Assembly (NCBI GenBank): GCA_031272985.1
Contig: JAISSU010000008.1
Span: 38,800-102,799 of the forward strand
From: Lachnospiraceae bacterium
GTDB lineage: Bacteria; Bacillota; Clostridia; Lachnospirales; Lachnospiraceae
Length of the DNA stretch: 64,000 nucleotides
Direction of reading: 5' to 3'
Part shown: piece by piece, positions 12,663-23,403 of the stretch
Layout: each line of letters begins with the position of its first letter
Position numbering within the stretch: the first letter of the stretch is position 1
Translations under genes and position numbers: made by a program
The notes under the pieces: generated by a model
What the model was told of the DNA's origin: nothing
Seen by the model: only the letters and a program-made list of their open reading frames with translations
The model's database searches: none

Positions 12663-14084
12663 ATGGAAACTAAATATAAAACGATAGCTGCAATATCCAC
12701 CGGTACTGGCACTTCGGGTATTGGAATCGTAAGGTTAAGCGGACCTGAGGCAATTACTATTGCCGATAGAATTTTTAAAGGTAAAAAACCGCTTAGCCTG
12801 CAGGATTCCCATACCCTGCAGTATGGGCGGATATTTGACAATTCAGAGCTAATTGATGAGGTACTTGCCACGGTCTTAAGAGCACCAAAAAGCTACACCG
12901 GCGAGGATACTGTTGAGATTAATTGCCATGGCGGACGATATTGCCTTAGAAAGACGTTGCAGCTATTAATTGATAATGGCGCCGCCCCCGCAATGCCGGG
13001 AGAGTTTACTAAGCGGGCCTTTCTAAACGGAAAACTGGATTTAAGTCAGGCAGAAGCCGTAGCGGATTTAATTGCGGCTAAGAGTCGTATGGCCGGTGAG
13101 AGCGCTGTTTTGGCGCTTCGCGGCATCATAAAGCAAAAGGTAAGAGAGCTTCGAGGAAAAATAATCTATAACATCGCTTACATTGAAGCAGCTCTTGACG
13201 ACCCCGAACACATTGATTTAGACGGTTATAGTTCAGAATTGGAAGTTGCTTTGTTGCAATATATTGACGAACTAGACATGCTCATTCAAAGTTTTGATAA
13301 AGGACGTTTCATAAGAGAAGGTATAAGAACGGTTATTCTCGGAAAACCTAACGCGGGAAAGTCATCGCTTCTAAATGCCTTTTTAGGCGAGGAGAGGGCT
13401 ATTGTGACAGAAATACCCGGCACCACCAGAGACGTTTTGGAAGAAATCCTGCAATTTGAGGGATATGATTTAAGATTAATTGATACGGCAGGATTAAGGA
13501 AAACCGAGGATCCGATCGAAAAAATAGGCGTTGATCGAGCGAAAAATCAAGCTTTTAATGCGGATCTCTTGCTTTATATTATTGATAGGAGCGATGAAAA
13601 AACAAACGATCTTTTATTGGAAATGCAGGAAAACATGCATGGGCTGGAAAAGAAAATATATTTGTTTCTTTTAAATAAAACTGACTTAAATACTGGAATT
13701 AAGTCATCTGATTTAGACGAAATTATTAAACAGGTTTTCCGGTCTGCCGGGGTAGCTTCGCCGACTTTTAAAATAATTGAGATCTCCGCGTTGACCGGAG
13801 AAGGAATCGCCGATGTTGAAGAAGCGATAAGCGATCTGTTTTTCAAAGAGAAAATAAATTATAATGATGAAGTCATTATTTCAAATATCCGACATAAAAA
13901 TGCTTTATATTCAGCAAAAACCTCGCTGAATAAAGTTTTAGAGAGTATTGCTGCGGGATTACCTGAGGATTTTTATAGCATCGATCTAACCGACGCGAGT
14001 AATTATCTGGGGGAAATTACGGGAGAAACGACAGGAGAAGAGATTATCAATGAAATCTTTGCCAAATTCTGTTTGGGAAAATAA
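12663..14084 (+). CDS. mnmE: tRNA modification GTPase MnmE
   Basis: 473 aa. G-domain motifs ([24 protein letters not shown]) and the C-terminal CxGK motif (FCLGK). Confidence 0.93.
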   Translation: METKYKTIAAISTGTGTSGIGIVRLSGPEAITIADRIFKGKKPLSLQDSHTLQYGRIFDNSELIDEVLATVLRAPKSYTGEDTVEINCHGGRYCLRKTLQLLIDNGAAPAMPGEFTKRAFLNGKLDLSQAEAVADLIAAKSRMAGESAVLALRGIIKQKVRELRGKIIYNIAYIEAALDDPEHIDLDGYSSELEVALLQYIDELDMLIQSFDKGRFIREGIRTVILGKPNAGKSSLLNAFLGEERAIVTEIPGTTRDVLEEILQFEGYDLRLIDTAGLRKTEDPIEKIGVDRAKNQAFNADLLLYIIDRSDEKTNDLLLEMQENMHGLEKKIYLFLLNKTDLNTGIKSSDLDEIIKQVFRSAGVASPTFKIIEISALTGEGIADVEEAISDLFFKEKINYNDEVIISNIRHKNALYSAKTSLNKVLESIAAGLPEDFYSIDLTDASNYLGEITGETTGEEIINEIFAKFCLGK

Positions 14085-16020
14085 AGATAAATACGATTGT
14101 GTAGTAATCGGAGCGGGACATGCCGGCTGTGAGGCCGCTTTGGCTGTTTCCAGGCTTGGTTTTGATACGATTTTATTTACAGTAAGTATAGAGAGCATTG
14201 CTTTAATGCCCTGCAATCCGAATGTCGGCGGAACCTCTAAGGGACATCTCGTAAGAGAAGTGGATGCTCTTGGCGGGGAAATGGCTAAAAATATCGATAA
14301 GACATTTATTCAGTCTAGGATGCTGAATTCTTCAAAAGGTCCTGCGGTACACTCATTAAGAGCTCAGGCAGACAAGGCGAAATACTCAAGGACAATGCGT
14401 CAAGTACTGGAAAATCAGGAACATCTCTGGATTAGACAGGCGGAAGTAGTAGAAATATTGACTGATGAAATTAATGAAATCCCGAAGACTATCGATGATA
14501 GTGAAAATAGAGATTTAATAGAATCAAAAAAAAGAAAAGTTACGGGAGTTAAAACGCTTTCAGGAGCTCTCTATTCTTGTAATACAGTGATAATATGCAC
14601 CGGTACTTACCTTAAAGCTCGTTGTGTGTACGGCGAGGTTAGCGAAAATACCGGTCCGAACGGTTTAAAAGCAGCAAATTACCTTTCAGATTCCCTAAAA
14701 CGGCTTGGGATTACACTATATAGGTTTAAAACGGGAACGCCTGCCAGAATGGACGGGCGAACCATTGATTATTCTAAAATGGAAGAGCAAAAAGGTGATG
14801 AACCGATTATTCCTTTTTCATTTTCAACCGCGCCTGCGAGTATTCAAAAACCTCAAGTTTCGTGTTATTTGACCTATACTAATGAGAAAACGCATGAAAT
14901 TATCCGCAAAAATCTGGACAGGTCACCACTTTTTTCCGGTTTTATTGAAGGAACGGGACCCAGGTATTGCCCTTCTATTGAGGATAAAGTGGTTAAATTT
15001 GCCGAAAAAAAGAGGCATCAGCTCTTTTTGGAGCCTGAAGGGCTCGAAACTCACGAAATGTATGTCTCGGGAGCATCAAGCTCTTTACCTGAGGACGTAC
15101 AGGCCGCACTTTATCGAAGTGTTCCGGGTTTAGAAAATGCACGCATCGTGCGCAATGCCTATGCTATTGAATATGACTGTATTGATGCGCGGCAATTAAA
15201 GCCTTCGCTTGAGTTTAAGGAAATATCAGGGTTATTTGCCGCAGGGCAGTTTAATGGCTCTTCCGGCTATGAGGAGGCTGCTGCCCAGGGTTTGATAGCC
15301 GGGATAAATGCCGTACAAAAAATGAAAAATAATGAGCCTTTGATTCTGGATAGATCACAAGGTTATATCGGAGTATTAATTGATGATCTCGTGACAAAAG
15401 AAAGCACAGAGCCATATAGAATGATGACTTCCAGAGCTGAATACAGGCTTCTGTTAAGGCAGGATAACGCAGATTTGCGACTAACAAAAACTGGATATGA
15501 AGTAGGTTTGATTGATGAAAACCGTTACCAAAGCTTACTAATAAAAGAAAATGCAATAAAAGATGAAATAAAGAGATTAATAACAGTCAACACCGGCTAT
15601 TCCGGCGCACTAAGGGAAATAATGGAGGCTTGCAATAGCACGCCTTTACAAAGTGGAGCAACCCTCTATGAGCTAATAAAAAGACCTGAACTGACATATT
15701 CTATGCTTGCCTTGGCAGACCCGGACAGACCCGATTTTCCTGTCGAATTAAGGGATGCGATAGCTGAGCAGGTTAATATTCAGATAAAATATGAAGGTTA
15801 TCTTGAACGCCAAAACCGTCAGGTTGAAATGTTTAAAAAGAATGAAAAACGACTGATACCTGAAAATATTGACTATTCGGATATTAAAAATCTAAGGACT
15901 GAAGCAAGACAGAAGCTCATTAAAATCAGACCGCGCTCTGTCGGGCAGGCGAGTCGTATATCGGGAGTTTCGCCTGCTGATATATCGGTATTATTAGTAT
16001 ATTTAACGGCCGGAAAATAG
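14050..16020 (+). CDS. mnmG: tRNA uridine 5-carboxymethylaminomethyl modification enzyme MnmG (GidA)
   Basis: 656 aa. FAD-binding [16 protein letters not shown]. Overlaps the mnmE 3' end by 35 nt; the true start may be slightly later. Confidence 0.93.
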   Translation: MKSLPNSVWENKDKYDCVVIGAGHAGCEAALAVSRLGFDTILFTVSIESIALMPCNPNVGGTSKGHLVREVDALGGEMAKNIDKTFIQSRMLNSSKGPAVHSLRAQADKAKYSRTMRQVLENQEHLWIRQAEVVEILTDEINEIPKTIDDSENRDLIESKKRKVTGVKTLSGALYSCNTVIICTGTYLKARCVYGEVSENTGPNGLKAANYLSDSLKRLGITLYRFKTGTPARMDGRTIDYSKMEEQKGDEPIIPFSFSTAPASIQKPQVSCYLTYTNEKTHEIIRKNLDRSPLFSGFIEGTGPRYCPSIEDKVVKFAEKKRHQLFLEPEGLETHEMYVSGASSSLPEDVQAALYRSVPGLENARIVRNAYAIEYDCIDARQLKPSLEFKEISGLFAAGQFNGSSGYEEAAAQGLIAGINAVQKMKNNEPLILDRSQGYIGVLIDDLVTKESTEPYRMMTSRAEYRLLLRQDNADLRLTKTGYEVGLIDENRYQSLLIKENAIKDEIKRLITVNTGYSGALREIMEACNSTPLQSGATLYELIKRPELTYSMLALADPDRPDFPVELRDAIAEQVNIQIKYEGYLERQNRQVEMFKKNEKRLIPENIDYSDIKNLRTEARQKLIKIRPRSVGQASRISGVSPADISVLLVYLTAGK

Positions 16021-16072
16021 AGAAACGCCACAACATATTGCGGTAAAATAATTAGCAGATAATGGTAAAACG

Positions 16073-16822
16073 ATGCAAAGTATTATGATAAATAATTGTG
16101 ATCAACGAATTTCATTGTTACAAAAAAGATTCTCACAAGCTAAAATAAAATATACCGAAGATCAAATTCATAAGTTCTTGCGATATTATGACTTATTGAT
16201 CGAAACAAATAAAGTTGTTAACTTAACGTCAATTACAGATTTTGATGATGTGATTAGTTTACACTTTGTTGACAGCATTTCAATTCTGAATTTCATTGAT
16301 GTTGACAGATTTAATAGTATTATTGATATCGGAACGGGCGCCGGTTTCCCTGGAATACCTTTAAAAATTATGTGTCCTGATTTAAATATCACTTTACTGG
16401 ATTCTCTGAAAAAGCGTTGTACATTTCTCGAATTCGTAATAAAAGAATTAGAACTTGAAAAAGCCTGTGTGCTACACTCTAGGGCTGAAGATATTGGTCA
16501 TGATGATGCTCACAGAAACCATTATGATTTATGTGTATCGCGTGCCGTTGCTTCTATTTCTATCTTATCAGAATACTGCTTGCCTTTATTAAGAATCGGA
16601 GGGACTATGGTTTTATATAAAAGCAAGAGGGCTTCAGAAGAAATAATTGAAGCCGAAAATGCTTTGAATATACTCGGTGCACGGTTGTTAAATAAAGTCG
16701 ACCTGAATCTAAAAACTTCCAACGATGAATATGATAGATCTTTAGTGGTTGTGAGTAAAATTAAAGAGACTCCTGTTAAGTACCCGCGTAAAGCAGGCAA
16801 ACCCGAGAAGTCCCCTCTCTGA
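16073..16822 (+). CDS. rsmG: 16S rRNA (guanine527-N7)-methyltransferase RsmG
   Basis: 249 aa with the SAM motif IGTGAGFPGIPLKI. Canonical mnmG-rsmG order. Confidence 0.88.
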   Translation: MQSIMINNCDQRISLLQKRFSQAKIKYTEDQIHKFLRYYDLLIETNKVVNLTSITDFDDVISLHFVDSISILNFIDVDRFNSIIDIGTGAGFPGIPLKIMCPDLNITLLDSLKKRCTFLEFVIKELELEKACVLHSRAEDIGHDDAHRNHYDLCVSRAVASISILSEYCLPLLRIGGTMVLYKSKRASEEIIEAENALNILGARLLNKVDLNLKTSNDEYDRSLVVVSKIKETPVKYPRKAGKPEKSPL

Positions 16823-16907
16823 TAAATCACGCTATTTAATTCTTGACTAAGGCCATAGATATTAAGCGGGTGTTGCCTTTTTGCTTGTAGATGTTATTAT
16901 TCTGTGT

Positions 16908-17873
16908 CTAAAGATTTACCCTCAGGAAGAACCTCTGTATTTGCATAATAAACGTGCTCGGCACTTCAATCTGCGGATAACGTTTTGTCTTTGTGAAAGC
17001 AGTTACAAATAGCTTTGGATTAATTTTCTTGTATTGTTCCGATGAGTATACAAAATAGGGGTCATCCTTTCCTATGAAGATATGCGCGGAATTGTCCAAG
17101 CCTTCAATAAACTTTTCAACCGGCACATTAAACGCTCCAGCTAATATACTTGAAAGGAGATATCTGGAGGGCTTATTATATTGCTCTGCCTCTTCAAATG
17201 TTCTATAAAATTTGTTTTCTTCGCCGCCTTCAAGAGTGGCAGAAAAGTTCTTTTCATAGAAGGTTTCATCGTCTCTGAGCGGAGAAATGAGATTAAAGAG
17301 TGCGGTTCCTATTACCGGCATCTTTAGTTTTATAGACAACAGCTTATTGATTAAACTCGGTTTTTTTCGAAAATCATCAGGCGAAGGTGGGTTAACAATT
17401 GCGATTTTTCCAATCAAATCAGGCTTATTTTTCTTAGCTGCGAGAACCAAAGGAACGCTATTTCCCAGCACCACTACGTCAGTTTTCTTATCAATGACTG
17501 TCAGAATAAAGTCAGTTATAAGTTGCACATAAAGATAATTTGTGTAGAGATAATCCGGTCTCGCAGAGCGCCCACACCCCAGAAGATCTATGGAATATAC
17601 AGTATGGTGGTTGGAGAGGCTTCCTTCTACTGAAAGGAAATTGTTTGAACTGCAGTAAGGCGCGAGATCATGAATCAAGAGGAGAGGACTCCCGCTCCCT
17701 GATTTTTTATAATAAATCCTGCCGAAACGCCAGTCAAAATAGTCGCCTTCGGAGTCGTCCAAAAGCTTTTGCGATGTCGAAATCTTTTGAAATACTCGAT
17801 TTAATACATGAATAGCAGCGATCGATGCCCCCAAAACCGCGAGTGTTGATAGTACAGTTTTCTTAGTTTTCAT
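16908..17873 (-). CDS. alpha/beta-hydrolase fold protein with N-terminal signal/TM anchor
   Basis: 321 aa. N-terminal hydrophobic segment; HDLAPY... and GNSVPL (nucleophile-elbow-like) motifs. Confidence 0.55.
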   Translation of the reverse strand: MKTKKTVLSTLAVLGASIAAIHVLNRVFQKISTSQKLLDDSEGDYFDWRFGRIYYKKSGSGSPLLLIHDLAPYCSSNNFLSVEGSLSNHHTVYSIDLLGCGRSARPDYLYTNYLYVQLITDFILTVIDKKTDVVVLGNSVPLVLAAKKNKPDLIGKIAIVNPPSPDDFRKKPSLINKLLSIKLKMPVIGTALFNLISPLRDDETFYEKNFSATLEGGEENKFYRTFEEAEQYNKPSRYLLSSILAGAFNVPVEKFIEGLDNSAHIFIGKDDPYFVYSSEQYKKINPKLFVTAFTKTKRYPQIEVPSTFIMQIQRFFLRVNL

Positions 17874-17958
17874 CTCGTTCCCCTTATGTGAATAAGGCCA
17901 ATATGCTCAACTTCATTATACTATAACCAAAAAACACTGTAAACAAAAACCTAAACAA

Positions 17959-17974
17959 TGTTTCACGTGAAACA
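17959..17974. other. parS centromere-like site (copy 1)
   Basis: Exact 16-bp palindrome TGTTTCACGTGAAACA, the universal ParB-binding consensus. Confidence 0.85.
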
Positions 17975-18072
17975 TTAACCACAGAATTAATAAAATATAA
18001 TTGAAGTAATTAAAAATATAAGTATCAGCGAATATGTAACAAAAATTTCAGACAAAACAGCCTCATCATAAA

Positions 18073-18088
18073 TGTTTCACGTGAAACA
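18073..18088. other. parS centromere-like site (copy 2)
   Basis: Exact TGTTTCACGTGAAACA, with the palindrome extended by flanking AA/TT. Confidence 0.85.
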
Positions 18089-18201
18089 TAAGCGCAAAAA
18101 ATAAAAGTAAACCACTTTACTTTAAACGAAGCAAGAAGAGAAACCAGAGTTAGATATAGAAACACCCAACGTTGGAACAGTAGATACAGCTGTAGATTAG
18201 A

Positions 18202-18217
18202 TGTTTCACGTGAAACA
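18202..18217. other. parS centromere-like site (copy 3)
   Basis: Exact TGTTTCACGTGAAACA, about 110 nt upstream of parA. Confidence 0.85.
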
Positions 18218-18328
18218 TTTTGCGAATTGGTGGTATAAGATAAAATTGATATAGAAATCATAATAAAAAGATGATATACTGTTTCAGTATTCGGAAAGTC
18301 AGAAGATTTTTCGATCCGGGAGAATGAT

Positions 18329-19090
18329 ATGGGTAAAGTGATAGCGGTTACAAATCAAAAAGGCGGAGTAGGCAAAACGACAACAGCGTTGAATCTATCT
18401 GCCAGCCTCACTGAAAAAGGAAAGAGAGTTCTTGCTGTCGATGTAGACCCGCAAGGCAATATGACCAGTGGATTTGGAGTCAATAAAAATGAACTAGAAA
18501 AAACGATTTATGATTTGATAATCGGGAACGCAGCGATAGAAGATGTAATTTTGAAAAATGTCTATAAACGAATGAATTTGATTCCTTCCAATGTTGATTT
18601 GTCCGCGGCGGAAATTGAATTAATAGATGCAAAGAATAAAGAATATATATTGCGAGAATCTCTAAAAGAGATTAAGTATGGCTATGACTATGTGATTATT
18701 GACTGCCCACCGGCTTTGAGTATGCTTACAATCAATGCTTTAACCACAGCTGATTCAGTATTAGTGCCGATTCAATGCGAATACTACGCTTTGGAAGGAT
18801 TGAGTCAGTTGATACATACCGTGGAATTAGTAAAGGAAAGATTGAATCCTGATTTAGGCATTGAAGGTGTAGTTTTCACAATGTTTGATGGTAGGACTAA
18901 TCTATCAGCGCAAGTCGTTGAAAATGTGAAAGAAAACCTGAATCAAAAAGCATTTAATACAGTAATACCGCGTAACATCAGATTGGCTGAATCTCCGAGT
19001 TATGGAATGCCAATAACTCAATATGATTCAAAGTCACCCGGCGCTGAAGCTTACAGAAAACTCGCAAAAGAAATTATCAGAGGGGCGTAA
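18329..19090 (+). CDS. soj: chromosome partitioning ATPase ParA/Soj
   Basis: 253 aa with the deviant Walker A KGGVGKTT. Confidence 0.92.
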   Translation: MGKVIAVTNQKGGVGKTTTALNLSASLTEKGKRVLAVDVDPQGNMTSGFGVNKNELEKTIYDLIIGNAAIEDVILKNVYKRMNLIPSNVDLSAAEIELIDAKNKEYILRESLKEIKYGYDYVIIDCPPALSMLTINALTTADSVLVPIQCEYYALEGLSQLIHTVELVKERLNPDLGIEGVVFTMFDGRTNLSAQVVENVKENLNQKAFNTVIPRNIRLAESPSYGMPITQYDSKSPGAEAYRKLAKEIIRGA

Positions 19091-19107
19091 ATTAGAAAGG
19101 AAGTATT

Positions 19108-20028
19108 ATGGCAGCAGTTAAGAAAGGACTCGGAAAAGGACTTGACAGTCTGATTCCGGACAGAGCATCTTCGATCAAGAAGGAAACACAAGCTGAATCG
19201 ACAAAGTCGGTAGCAGAAGGTATAGTCAACGAGCTTGATATTCACAGCGTAGAACCAAACCGAGATCAACCAAGAAAGCACTTTGATGAAGATCCTTTAC
19301 ATGAATTGGCAGATTCGATTAAGCAGCATGGTGTTCTTGAGCCATTATTAGTTCGTAAAAAGAAGGACTATTATGAAATTATCGCAGGAGAGCGCAGATG
19401 GAGAGCCGCAAAAATAGCTGGCTTAAAAAAAGTGCCTGTAATAGTTAAGGATTTTACAGACGAAGAGGCTTCCATAGTCGGATTGCTTGAGAATATTCAA
19501 CGAGAGGACTTAAATCCAATTGAAGAAGCTACCGCGTTTAAGACACTTCTCGAGGTTTATTCTCTGAAACAGGATGAAGTCGCAGAACGAGTGTCAAAAA
19601 GTCGTGTGGCTGTTACTAATTCTATGCGTCTTTTGAAGTTAAATCCGGCTGTACAGCAGATGGTAATCGATGAAATGATAAGCACAGGACATGCCAGAGC
19701 CCTTCTGGCATTAGACGATCACGAACAACAGCTTGCATTGGCAAACAGAATTTTTGATGAAAAGCTTAGTGTCAGAGAAACAGAGAGTTTAGTAAAGCAT
19801 TATAAAACCCCGAAAGATAGTAAAGAAAAGAAACAAAAGATTGAAATAGAACATATGTTTGTGTATTCGGATATGTCGGAAAAACTAAAAGAAGCACTCG
19901 GAACGAAAACTGCCGTCATACCTAAAAGCGAAGGTAAGGGAAAAATCGAAATTAATTATTACTCAGAGCAGGAATTGGAGAGAATATTCGATATCCTAAT
20001 GGGAAGTGCTAAAGGAGAGCAGGCATAA
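19108..20028 (+). CDS. spo0J: chromosome partitioning protein ParB/Spo0J
   Basis: 306 aa. ParB box GERRWRAA and an HTH. Lies directly downstream of soj. Confidence 0.92.
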   Translation: MAAVKKGLGKGLDSLIPDRASSIKKETQAESTKSVAEGIVNELDIHSVEPNRDQPRKHFDEDPLHELADSIKQHGVLEPLLVRKKKDYYEIIAGERRWRAAKIAGLKKVPVIVKDFTDEEASIVGLLENIQREDLNPIEEATAFKTLLEVYSLKQDEVAERVSKSRVAVTNSMRLLKLNPAVQQMVIDEMISTGHARALLALDDHEQQLALANRIFDEKLSVRETESLVKHYKTPKDSKEKKQKIEIEHMFVYSDMSEKLKEALGTKTAVIPKSEGKGKIEINYYSEQELERIFDILMGSAKGEQA

Positions 20029-20032
20029 TCTT

Positions 20033-20920
20033 ATGGAAAGTAATGCATTAGAGTTACTCGGCGTTGATCCTGCCATACTACTTTTGTTCATGTTTATTCT
20101 GATTGTGGTGTTGGGGATTGCGTGTTTGAGTTTAAATACAAAGATAAAGCGTATGAAGGTGCATTATGCGACTTTTATGCGGGGAAAAGACGGACGTTCA
20201 TTAGAAAAGGCGATGCTGGAGCGGTTTTCGGATATTGAGAAACTAATACGCTCTACAAGACAAAATAGAGCAGACATTAATGAAATCAGAAGAAAAATGG
20301 ACGAGGACTACCAAAAGGTAGGTATAGTAAAATATGACGCCTTCAATGAAATGGGCGGAAAACTTAGCTTTGCTCTGGCTATGTTGGACGGAAATAACAA
20401 CGGTTGGATAATTAACGCTATGCATAGCCGAGAAGGGTGCTACACCTACATTAAAGAGATTGTAAAGGGACAAAGTTATGTGGAGCTCTCTGAAGAGGAG
20501 ACGCAGGCACTCGATAAAGCGGTATTTAAGGAAGTTTATGAGCTAAGTGATCAGTTACAGCAAAGCAAGGCCGGTAAAAAAGGAAATACTAAAAGTGCAG
20601 ACCAAAGATCATCATATGAAGAAGCCGAAGACGAAGAACCTGTAGTTTATAAAGAAAAATATCAGACATTAGCGAAATCGGACACGGCTAAAATTGAGAT
20701 TGATGAAGATGCCTTAAGAGCTATCGAACGCGGAAAACGAATGGCCGCGGCTCAAAAGAGACTAAAACCCGGTCAAAGCCCCATATTATCATCAAAGAAT
20801 GAGATTGATGAAGATGAAGAAGCAGGTGATTATGACAATGGTTTTAACGAGTATAACGAAGCGGATTATGACGCAGACGAATATGAGGAAGATGGTGTTG
20901 TGCTCGTAGATATAGATTGA
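20033..20920 (+). CDS. DUF4446-family protein with an extended acidic C-terminal tail
   Basis: The track ORF starts at 20006. The start MESNALELLG at 20033 avoids the parB overlap. An N-terminal TM helix and a conserved DUF4446-like core. The last ~110 residues are D/E/N/Y-rich low complexity. Typical position after parB in Firmicutes. Confidence 0.6.
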   Translation: MESNALELLGVDPAILLLFMFILIVVLGIACLSLNTKIKRMKVHYATFMRGKDGRSLEKAMLERFSDIEKLIRSTRQNRADINEIRRKMDEDYQKVGIVKYDAFNEMGGKLSFALAMLDGNNNGWIINAMHSREGCYTYIKEIVKGQSYVELSEEETQALDKAVFKEVYELSDQLQQSKAGKKGNTKSADQRSSYEEAEDEEPVVYKEKYQTLAKSDTAKIEIDEDALRAIERGKRMAAAQKRLKPGQSPILSSKNEIDEDEEAGDYDNGFNEYNEADYDADEYEEDGVVLVDID

Positions 20921-20940
20921 AATGATTTCAACAGAACAAT

Positions 20941-21030
20941 GGGTGTCGGGGTTGTCCCCTGACGTATCTTCAGTAGTGTAGACGGGATTCACTCCCGTCG
21001 GAGCGAGGGGTGTCGGGGGTGTCCCCTGAC
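20941..21030. repeat. palindromic interspersed repeat (family copy A): two GTCGGGG..CCCCTGAC hairpins flanking a GACGGG..CCCGTC hairpin
   Basis: GTCGGGGTTGTCCCCTGAC at 20945-20963 and GTCGGGGGTGTCCCCTGAC at 21012-21030 flank AGTAGTGTAGACGGGATTCACTCCCGTCGGAGCGAGGGG. The same modules recur at 27262-27406, 44594-44690 and 31409-31431. Confidence 0.85.
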
Positions 21031-21050
21031 TTGTATAGAAAGGACTAAAA

Positions 21051-22340
21051 ATGTTAGATATTAAATTTGTGAGAAATAATCCCGATGCGGTGAAAGCAAA
21101 TATCGAAAAAAAATTTCAACATGAGAAGTTAGGTCTCGTTGATGAAGTATTGGCATTGGATATATTAAACCGTGAGATAAAGCAGGAGGTTGAAGCCCTG
21201 CGTGCCGATAAAAACCGCTATTCGAAAGAAATAGGCGGATTAATGGCAAAAGGTGATAAAGAGGGCGCCGAGAAAATAAAAGCCAAAGTAGAGGCCGACG
21301 CGGCGCGAATGTCAGTCTTGAATGCGCAGGAAAGGGAAGTTGAAGCAAAAATCAAAAAAATCATGATGACCATCCCTAATATCATTGATGACAGCGTGCC
21401 TATCGGGAGAGATGACAGCGAAAATGTCGAGGTTGAAAGATTCCTTGAGCCAAAAGTTCCCGACTTTGAGATTCCATATCATACGGATATTATGGAGAGC
21501 TTTGGTGGTATAGATTTAGACAGCGCGAGAAAGGTAGCCGGGAACGGATTCTATTATTTGATGGGCGATATCGCGAGGCTTCATTCCGCAGTTTTATCTT
21601 ATGCCAGAGATTTTATGATTGATCGTGGATTTACATACTGCGTGCCGCCTTTTATGATTAGAAGCGAAGTGGTAACAGGTGTTATGAGTTTTGCCGAAAT
21701 GGATGCGATGATGTATAAAATTGAAGGTGAGGATTTGTATCTCATTGGTACCAGCGAGCATTCCATGATTGGAAAGTTCATTGACACACTATTGAATGAG
21801 GATGACCTGCCCTATACAATGACCAGCTATTCGCCGTGTTTCCGTAAGGAAAAAGGCGCTCATGGTGTAGAAGAGCGAGGTGTTTACAGGATACATCAAT
21901 TTGAAAAGCAGGAGATGATCGTGGTTTGTAAACCGCAGGATAGCATGTACTGGTACGATCAGCTGTGGAAAAATACTGTAGATCTCTTTTGTTCAATGGA
22001 AATACCTGTGCGCACACTGGAGTGCTGCTCGGGAGATTTGGCGGATTTAAAGGTAAAATCAGTAGATGTCGAAGCATGGTCTCCGAGGCAGCAGAAATAT
22101 TTCGAAATCGGGAGCTGTTCGAACTTGGGAGATGCTCAGGCCAGAAGACTCGGCATAAGAGTAAGGGGAGAAGAGGGAAAGTACTTTGCGCATACTCTGA
22201 ATAATACTGTGGCTGCACCGCCCAGAATGCTGATTGCATTTTTGGAAAATCATTTGCAAGAGGATGGCACCGTCACCATTCCTGAGGTTTTGCAGCCTTA
22301 TATGGGGAAAACGCAAATTTTGACACCAAAGAAAGGCTAA
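21051..22340 (+). CDS. serS: seryl-tRNA synthetase
   Basis: 429 aa. N-terminal coiled-coil arm and class II aaRS motifs. No room for a T-box leader; the upstream gap is occupied by the repeat. Confidence 0.93.
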   Translation: MLDIKFVRNNPDAVKANIEKKFQHEKLGLVDEVLALDILNREIKQEVEALRADKNRYSKEIGGLMAKGDKEGAEKIKAKVEADAARMSVLNAQEREVEAKIKKIMMTIPNIIDDSVPIGRDDSENVEVERFLEPKVPDFEIPYHTDIMESFGGIDLDSARKVAGNGFYYLMGDIARLHSAVLSYARDFMIDRGFTYCVPPFMIRSEVVTGVMSFAEMDAMMYKIEGEDLYLIGTSEHSMIGKFIDTLLNEDDLPYTMTSYSPCFRKEKGAHGVEERGVYRIHQFEKQEMIVVCKPQDSMYWYDQLWKNTVDLFCSMEIPVRTLECCSGDLADLKVKSVDVEAWSPRQQKYFEIGSCSNLGDAQARRLGIRVRGEEGKYFAHTLNNTVAAPPRMLIAFLENHLQEDGTVTIPEVLQPYMGKTQILTPKKG

Positions 22341-22405
22341 GTTAGGTTACGAAAAGTTAATTTGCAGCTACGATATTATGACACCGGGGGGCATTTGACA
22401 GACTT

Positions 22406-23284
22406 ATGCATCGTTATTTAAAAGCCATAGGTTTCGGCAATATAATAAGCTACAATCAAATAAACGAATTGCTTCGGGAAGTGACAAGTACATTTTCGCA
22501 TCATGAGCGAATAGCTCTGGAGCCTGAGGCGGATTACCTCGAATACTGGAAGGACTTCGGTCCTGATATCGGTATAGCCCTTTGCGGAATAATGGATAAT
22601 TATGAGAATTTTGACAAACAATACTACTTCCCGTATTTTCGCGGAAAAGGCGAGAGTACGCGTACTGATATGATTGTCGATAAAAGACCCGATAGAGAAG
22701 CATATGTGGGTATATGTGAAGATTTAAAAATCGGAATAAACCTCATTTTCCACCTGCAAAACGCTACGGACTATCTGAAGGAAGATCCTAAAAAGAATTG
22801 TTTTATCTCTGCGGCATCGGTTTCTTTGGCGGGGTTGTGCGAGCAGGGAACCATTTTACTTCCGGTAAAGAAAAACACGGAGCAAAAAAAGCAGCAGCGA
22901 GAAGAGATTCATCAGCGCATAAGGCTTATGAACGCCGCCCGTGAAGGTGACCAATCGGCAATGGAGAGTCTTACTCTTGATGAAATCGATACCTATTCAA
23001 AGGTGTCTATGCGGCTTTATGACGAGGATGTATTCAGCATTGTCGACACTTATATAATGCCTTACGGAGTGGAATGCGACCAATATTCGGTAATGGGCGA
23101 AATATTGGAGCTCTCGGAAGGAATAAATATACTAACGCGTGAGCTCCTTTACTTTATGACCATCGAGGTCAATGATTTACTAATAGATGTATGTGTCCCC
23201 GCGGGAAATCTTATGGGTGAACCTAAAATCGGAAGACGCTTTAAGGGAAATCTGTGGCTGCAGGGGTATTTGAATCTGATTTAG
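22406..23284 (+). CDS. hypothetical protein
   Basis: 292-aa ORF with clean codon usage and no family recognised by eye. Confidence 0.45.
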   Translation: MHRYLKAIGFGNIISYNQINELLREVTSTFSHHERIALEPEADYLEYWKDFGPDIGIALCGIMDNYENFDKQYYFPYFRGKGESTRTDMIVDKRPDREAYVGICEDLKIGINLIFHLQNATDYLKEDPKKNCFISAASVSLAGLCEQGTILLPVKKNTEQKKQQREEIHQRIRLMNAAREGDQSAMESLTLDEIDTYSKVSMRLYDEDVFSIVDTYIMPYGVECDQYSVMGEILELSEGINILTRELLYFMTIEVNDLLIDVCVPAGNLMGEPKIGRRFKGNLWLQGYLNLI

Positions 23285-23329
23285 CAATATAGATTTAAGA
23301 ATATAAGAAAAAAATAAAATTAGAAGAAA

Positions 23330-23356
23330 AGAGCGCCACCTGAGGCGCCCTTTTTG
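23330..23356. terminator. bidirectional rho-independent terminator
   Basis: GAGCGCC-ACCTGAG-GCGCCC hairpin with an A-run before and TTTTT after. Sits between the convergent genes ending at 23284 (+) and 23404 (-). Confidence 0.7.
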
Positions 23357-23403
23357 TATCTACACACAAGATTTATCTATGTGCAAAATATATAAATCTG
23401 AAA

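Noticed and set aside
20921-21050. A T-box leader upstream of serS
   Set aside because: Only about 130 nt separate the upstream gene from serS, and the repeat element occupies them. No specifier-loop or T-box (AATTAGGGTGGNACCGCG-like) sequence is present.
21061-22316. ORFs antisense to serS (21061..21348, 21778..22239, 22059..22316)
   Set aside because: Shadow ORFs inside a conserved housekeeping gene. Pro/Ser/Leu-rich translations.
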